Positions 43,131 to 49,441 of a DNA stretch of 49,441 nucleotides are shown here, piece after piece. Numbering within the stretch: the first letter of the stretch is position 1; each line of letters opens with the position of its first letter. Both the position numbers and the translations under genes were made by a program. This DNA is from Rhodospirillales bacterium (lineage in GTDB: Bacteria > Pseudomonadota > Alphaproteobacteria > Bin95). Under the pieces are notes generated by a model. The model did no database searches, was not told the origin of the DNA, and saw nothing but the letters and a program-made list of their open reading frames with translations. The stretch lies in assembly GCA_038143065.1 (NCBI GenBank), contig JAYQLI010000004.1:1-49441 (forward strand), in the 5' to 3' direction.

Positions 43131-43170
43131 ATCAAAGTTTGATGACTAAATTGTTATATTGTGGTAACAA
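43131..43170 (-). promoter_or_regulatory. Pho-box-like 11-bp-period repeats
   Basis: Minus strand TTGTTAC-CACA-ATATAAC-AATT-TAGTCAT-CAAA-CTTTGAT upstream of phnD copy 2. Confidence 0.35.
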
Positions 43171-43521
43171 AAATTTAAAAAAATGTAAATTTGCACTTTT
43201 CAGAACTGGCTACTATGTGCTCCAGTTTGTGTCCTCATATCGCGAGCGCTCAATATATGTTAAATTTGTTAAACGTCGTCATTGACCTTGGCCCTTGCCA
43301 AAACTTATATTTACATTTTTTTCAGTGACCAGACACATTTAATCTGTGAGATAATATCCCAATAGTTACGCTATGTATTAATACTACTGCAGGGTCCTGA
43401 ATCTCCAAAAAATAATGCAGATAATTTGTTAGACGTTGAAATCAAGCTTTCCAAAGTCAAAATATTTCTAGAAAATTTGATTCAATGAAAAGTACTGTGG
43501 TAAGTTAATTAATAACCTGCA

Positions 43522-43557
43522 TTGACTATCAAAATATTTCTATTATTCTAGAAATAT
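43522..43557 (+). promoter_or_regulatory. Promoter with inverted-repeat operator for the ArsR-family regulator
   Basis: TTGACT at 43522. ATATTTCTA-N6-TAGAAATAT (43534-43557) overlaps the start codon. Confidence 0.55.
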
Positions 43558-43888
43558 GGAAGTAATTAGTAAATACTCGTTATCTTTAGAAAAGGCGGCC
43601 TCGTGCTTTGCCGCACTTGGTTCGGAGCAACGTCTCTCGATCCTAAAGATATTAGTTCGCAGTGGTCCGGTGGGGCTAACTATTGGAGAATTAGGAGAAC
43701 GTTCGGGAGTAACTGGTTCTACACTTACGCATCATATGAAGATACTTACACAAGCCGGTATGGTTGAGCAGAAAAAAAATGGAAGATCGATTATTTGTGC
43801 TGCGGTTTCTTTTGATGAAATTCAAAAACTAAGCGAGTTTCTGCTACAAGACTGTTGCGTGGATACGAAAGTAACGCGCGATGACTGA
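43556..43888 (+). CDS. arsR: ArsR/SmtB-family regulator (C-terminal CC type)
   Basis: FAALGSEQRLSIL, STLTHHMKIL and FLLQDCC. Confidence 0.8.
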   Translation: MEVISKYSLSLEKAASCFAALGSEQRLSILKILVRSGPVGLTIGELGERSGVTGSTLTHHMKILTQAGMVEQKKNGRSIICAAVSFDEIQKLSEFLLQDCCVDTKVTRDD

Positions 43889-44894
43889 CATAACTAATTT
43901 TCAGAAAACTTACAGATCGATTGATAAAGCGGTTGGCTCTTTGTGTCTGATATTCCTGGTTCTTTTGATTTGGGATTTGAATGAATTCATTTCAACGTTT
44001 TTATTTTATGTCAATACCTTGCTGGGTACTACGCCCTTTATAATTTTTGCAGTTTTGGCAGTTGCTTACTTAAAGGCCACAAGTGCCGAAAATTTATTAT
44101 CAAAGGCTTTCTCAGGGCCTCAATTGAGAATGATTTTTCTTGCAGCCTTTTTAGGAGGTTTATCTCCGTTTTGCTCGTGCGAAGTCATTCCGTTTATTGC
44201 AGCTCTTCTTGCTATAGGAGCTCCACTAAGTGCTGTTATGGCCTTCTGGCTGGCTTCTCCTTTAATGGATCCTGCAATGTTTTTAATTACCAGTGGAACG
44301 CTTGGTTGGGATTTTGCAGTGGGCAAAACAATATTCTCTGTTGGAATTGGGGTTCTTGGCGGGTTTATTACGATGATTTTCATAAGAGTTCAGTATTTTT
44401 AGATCCGTTGCGAGACAAACCTCAAATCAGGGCTGCTGGGCAATGAAACCTTTCGTAGGAACACCTGTATGGAAATTTTGGAAGAGCAATGACCGCCTGG
44501 AAACATTTAAATCCACAACAACAAGTAATGCTTTTTCTATTGAAATGGTTGGCTCTCGCTTACTCGATTGAGGCATTGATGATCAAGTATATTCCCAGCT
44601 GAATTGATCGTTACACTGGTTGGCGGAGACGGATTTATTACAATTCTTGTGCGGCAATTCTGGGAGCACCTGCCTATTTGAATGGATATGCAGCGGTTCC
44701 ATTAGTTGATGCGCTGATATCCCAAGGTATGTCTATAGGAGCAGCAATGAGCTTTATGATTGCTGGTGGGTAAGTTCTATGCCTGCTGCAATTGCCCGTT
44801 TGGGCCTAGTGAAGCCAAAGTGTTCACCGCTTACCTGATCTATGGAATAGTTGGGGCCACCCTGTCTGGGTTACTCTGGCAATTTATAAATTAA
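43881..44894 (+). CDS. ArsP-like (DUF318) permease (frameshifted)
   Basis: LSPFCSCEVIP, MAFWLASPLMDP, PAYLNGYAAVP and GAAMSFMIAGG. Overlaps the arsR stop. Confidence 0.8.
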
Positions 44895-44960
44895 CTTTTA
44901 TATTTTTGTCACATTGATTTAACAAATATGTACTTCCTTTGCGCTAAAAGGATACATAAA

Positions 44961-45312
44961 ATGTCCAATCGGAGACGCGTTGGTCAGATTTCTTGATAGC
45001 TTTATAAGCGGATACGATGAAGAGTTATTTGATGAATTGTGGCATGATGAATACGAGGGATACAGCAATTCTACTGGCACGCCCGTCAAGAAAGCCAATC
45101 TAAAATCATTTATGGAGGCTTCTATTGGGGTAGTAACTCATGGCACGGAAATACTGTATGAAAACGATGAGGTGCTCGTTGCTGAATGGAAATGTACATT
45201 TCCCAAAAACTCCTCAGGAAAAGAGGGGTCATATACGGTGCTTATTTGGCATAAACTGAAAAATGGAAAGATAATCTCACACCGGTCTGGAATGACACGT
45301 ACGGATCACTAG
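44961..45312 (+). CDS. NTF2/SnoaL-like small protein
   Basis: LWHDEY…EILYENDEVLV…KLKNGKIISH. The start at 44961 needs a frame correction. Confidence 0.55.
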
Positions 45313-45364
45313 CTTAAGTTTACCCCAATTTAATTACGGTAAAATAAGTATTAGCGATCTGAAT

Positions 45365-45854
45365 TTAACACTTACTTCACGGGGGATGGCAAAAGCAATT
45401 GTTTTCTGCCAAACTAAAATCAACTTCGCTCCAATGATCTTTATCTAAATTAGCAACCCAAGTCGCACAAGTTGGGTAATCGTGAAACCTCTCATGTGCT
45501 GGTGGGATTTTTGCCATAGTCAGCAAAATTTGCGCAGGCAGGATTATGTGAAATAAGCAAAACTGTTTGTTCTCGCGCTGACTTTAAAAGTGCATAACAA
45601 TTTTCAGGGCTAGGGTGATATAGATCTTCAGAAAGCGCACCTAGTTGGCTTAACGTCAAGCCCTTCGAATGTTTCTCGTGTACGTTTAGAAGATGAAATT
45701 AGTGCCTCTTTTGGTAAAAATCATTTTCATGCAACCAATTGCCCATCGCCTGAGCTGAAGCCCGACCTCGCCCATTCAATGCACGCTCATGGTCAGAAAC
45801 AGGTTTATTCCAACTCGATTTAGCATGGCGCATTAATATTAATTTAAGGCTCAT
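45365..45854 (-). CDS. sixA: SixA-type histidine phosphatase (frameshifted, not in ORF track)
   Basis: MSLKLILMRHAKSSW…DHERALNGRG…SSSKRTRET…LLISHNP…YPT. 3' end is approximate. Confidence 0.75.
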
Positions 45855-46148
45855 ATCAAATACACGGCATTAAATTTTCTAGAAACTGAGCAAACGAGTG
45901 AACTTTCACTGGCGTATAGATGATTGTTAATTTGCTTTGCATTGGTGCCTCCAAGTCATCAATCAGAATAGCCAATTATGAAAAAAATACAAAGTGAGAA
46001 GCTGAACAGGTAGCAAGTTGGTAAATTCACAGAAACCTATTAATTAGCGGGTAGTTATGGGGCGCATTTAATAAAAACATAAAAAAAATTTATAAATCTT
46101 TTACTTACTATGGTTAACGATGTTCTTGTAACATGTTAGGGGAAAAAT

Positions 46149-46350
46149 ATGCTTACTCATAATTTTAATGGAACTGTCGTCGTAAAAAATAGTGAGAGTG
46201 GAGCTCTTGCTCAGGCCATTCTTACTGATAAAACTGCAGATAAATTAAAAAGTGAACCTAAATGGTGTTCCACTTATTTTTGAAAGGGTTACGAAGGACA
46301 GATATACTGCAACCTGCTCCAGTTTAAGCTTTGAACTTGTGAGCGGTTAA
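46149..46350 (+). CDS. Small hypothetical protein (frameshifted)
   Basis: AGGGGA RBS, then MLTHNFNGTVVVKNSESGALAQAIL…. Confidence 0.3.
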
Positions 46351-46846
46351 GAAACTGTAATAGTAGTAACTTAAAAAAATTGTTTGATAGATTAATCTTC
46401 AGCTTTTGATATCCCTTTTCTGTGTGTAAAAACATGGAAAGTTGAATATTCTAAATAGGCATTTACCTAATAAATAACTTAACCATTAGTTGTCCGCTAT
46501 TTTTTTACCGATTAGTCATTGGTCACATCAACATTTGATTTGGGTTGTTATCTCGCTTAATGTTGATTTGTGGAAAAAAATATACTTTAATGTCTTATAT
46601 AATTATAAAAGTATAAAAAAATTGAGGCAGATATGAATATATTTTCGGCGCAAATGTTGCTGAAGCATTATGGCCGTGGAAACCGGCCACGTGGCAAAAT
46701 TAGTAGACAAGTATTTATTTATACAGCAGTACTTACTGCAGGAATAGCAATGATTTACTTCCAGTTTCTGCAGGTTAATAATTAAACTGTCATACTTTTT
46801 AATCCATTTTTTATATGTTGTCGTACATACAAAAAATGGGGGAAGC

Positions 46847-47048
46847 ATGGTTGAAAAACAGAAATCTGATGAAATTGAAAACTTGCTCGATTATTGCCGG
46901 CTATGGTACGGTATAGTCAGCACTGATGATAACCGAGAGCAGGCACTTTACTATGGTCGCCTTAAGCGGTTTCTTTACAAATGAAGATACCTTGACCCCT
47001 ATGGGTGAGCAGGTTGCTAAATTGATAAATGATGGTCTTGCAGCGTAA
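46847..47048 (+). CDS. Small hypothetical protein (frameshifted)
   Basis: GGGGGA RBS, then MVEKQKSDEIENLLDYCRLWYG…LTPMGEQVAKLINDGLAA*. Confidence 0.35.
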
Positions 47049-48008
47049 TTAATCGCAACCGTACCTAAGCTTTATATAAGTTCATATATTTGTAACAAAT
47101 TGTGATTACACTGAGGCTTGTATCGAAAGATACTTTTCTCTAATTTGATAACCCGTACTTATAACTCCCTTATAATAGCCACTGTTATTTGGGGTTATTT
47201 TTTTTTAACTTTTATAAAAGATTTACATTTCCATGATTACAAGCCGACATAATTCACTGCAATTTCTTTAAAACGCCATTTAGTGTGAAGGGCAATTATA
47301 ATGGTAACAGAGCAAAACAGTCAGCAAAAATTTATGTTTCTAGTAATTTATACTAAGAATGCAAAACTCGTTATGCATATTCTTCCAGGGCCAAAATCAA
47401 GTTCGCCAGTTCTCAGGAAAACAAGTATCTTCAAACCTTTAACAGCCTCTCCACCATGGAGGATCGCTTGATCACCTATTCAAGTATTTGGCATGTTAAG
47501 GTATGACGTCACTGGGAGAGCCTGATGAGCACAATATAAATACTGACGAACTGGTAAGTCAGTGTGCCAAACCAACATAGTTATATACATTGGCTCACAG
47601 ATCAAGAAGCCTCTTTGTAATAGAATAATAAAAGAAATCAAAATCTATAATTTCTATGTTTATATTTTTAAATATTTTTACATCAGGTGATTTCGTGCGG
47701 TTTGGCTGGTGATCCAAATAGGGAGGAATTGAAAACTAAGCAACCAAACCGCAGGTAAAATTATAACCAATTTAATGACAATACGGTTTCGCTTTGGTAA
47801 ACTTTTTGTAAATCTTGAAATGGGTAATTAGTCGGTCGAATTTGGAGTTAAAAGTTTAGAATTTTAGTAAATTTAATTTATACAAAGCGCTAAAATTGCC
47901 AAGTAGACCTGTAAATTTTGAGGGTCGACTGTGGCTGCTATTGCATAAAAAATTAACCTCTGTTAATGTTTACAACAAGTTTGAATTTAAATCAGACTAA
48001 AAATATTT

Positions 48009-49260
48009 GTGCTTATACCTGAAACCATTGGAGCCTTGGATTGGAATTTTTCGATCATGTTATTGTGGGTGGTGGTATTTTTGGGCGCATCTATCGCTTA
48101 TCATCTGTCAGAATATAGCTCTAAGCGTATTTTAGTTATAGATCGGTCAATTCGCCAGTGGCTCTTCAAGCAAAGCAGCTGGACTTATTTTGCAATGCTC
48201 GTCCAAACACTCAAATATTCCACTTGCAAAAAAAACAGTCGACATAATCCCTGTTTTTAGAGAAGATCAATGGAGAACGAATAGATTTTCATCAGGTAGG
48301 AAGCCTCCGAGTTGCATGTACAGATTCTAGTGTCGCGGAATTGGAGTCACTTGTTGCGGCAGCTTCTAGGTGGGGAGTAGATGTTTCTTATCCGAGCCAA
48401 AAAAAAATTAAAGGAATAGCTCCATGGCTTGAAACAAAAAAAAATTTTTAAAATCTGTATTTTCCAACTGATGGTTATATCGACCCCTATCTATTGACAT
48501 GGCAATACATAAGGCTAAAAAAAAATAACGTAAAATTCGTGTCAAATGTAGAAACAAGAGGAATATCGATTCATCAAGGACAGATTAAAGGTATTCAAAC
48601 ATCAGACGGTGACATCGCATGCACTAATTTGATTGATGCGTATGGGAGTATGGGCTTCATTATTTCGGATCAAGTTGATATTTCAATTCCCATGGCGCCA
48701 GTTAGAAGCCATTATTGGATACAGGCAATGAAAAAGAATATAAGAACAGTGGAGCAATTGTAATGCTTCCTGATATATCCACATATTTTCGCCCTGAACT
48801 TGGTGGATTACTTCTAGGGGTACAGGAAAAGAACTGTATCGCATTTGATGCTAGAAAATTACCCAAACGACTCTTTTTGCCCCAACGTGGAGACGAGCAT
48901 CTAGATACGCTACAGGATCTTATACTGCAATTTTACAATTTTATCCAGATTTGGAAGCAGTGAGTATAACAAATTATATTAGTGGACTTTCGTCCTATAC
49001 ACCGGATGGTGAAATTATTTTGGGTAAGATAGATACGATTGAAGGCTTCTTTGTCGACAGCTGGAGATTGTGGTTCAGGTATCACATTATCGGGAGGAGT
49101 ATCGGCTCAATTATGGCTGAACTCGTTGTCGATGGAAAATCGAAAACAGATATCTCTAAGTTTAAACCGGATAAGACTCGGTAAAATCAAAATATATGAA
49201 GAAAGGATTTCTTAGCGAGGTGTTAGCTTCTGCTAGGTCGGCAAAGTCAAAAGGCCACTC
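48009..49260 (+). CDS. FAD-dependent oxidoreductase (DAO/sarcosine oxidase beta-like), heavily frameshifted
   Basis: FDHVIVGGG, GASIAYHL, SSSKAAGLI, DGYIDPY, YFRPELGGLLLG and GLSSYTPDG..ILG across frames. Ends are approximate. Confidence 0.75.
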
Positions 49261-49441
49261 AAGTCTACAAAATAGTTATTAATCCAATTTGGTTAAAATT
49301 TACACGCTTGATTATCAATATTTAAAAATCTGTTTGAATACACACAAATATCCTTTTGCTTTGTAAAAGTTTTGTGACAACATGACAGGATCAGGTTTGA
49401 GTATTTATAAATATTAATTAACCAGAAGTGGGGGGAAGAAT

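Noticed and set aside
47200-47640. Possible minus-strand gene
   Set aside because: Protein-like patches, but too many frame breaks to reconstruct or identify.

Overview
This is a mosaic genomic island, most likely from a marine Rhodobacterales (Roseobacter-group) bacterium (inferred from gene content and Zur/Pho motif style). In order it contains: (1) a Zur-boxed zinc-uptake operon on the minus strand (zur, a 43-aa membrane protein, a Zn/Mn ABC transporter with a very long His/Asp loop, two COG0523 GTPases, DUF1826); (2) a tyrosine integrase with an att-like end; (3) a gene-free tandem array of three ~153-bp units at 11604-12065 that fold into the same UUCG-capped four-way-junction RNA, with a terminator downstream and DnaA-box-like motifs nearby; this is the most unusual element; (4) a ~30-kb phosphorus-starvation region with Pho boxes, four acyltransferase copies, a C-P lyase cluster (phnF,G,H,I,J,K,L,N,M, DUF1045, no phnP), a canonical phnCDEE transporter, two diverged inverted copies of a phnD-C-E-M' module, three PHP hydrolase copies and IS3 remnants; (5) arsR-arsP, SnoaL-like, SixA-like and FAD-oxidoreductase genes. 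Many genes carry single-base frameshifts at homopolymers, increasing toward the right end, and most are probably long-read sequencing errors. All family assignments come from motif recognition by eye, not database searches.
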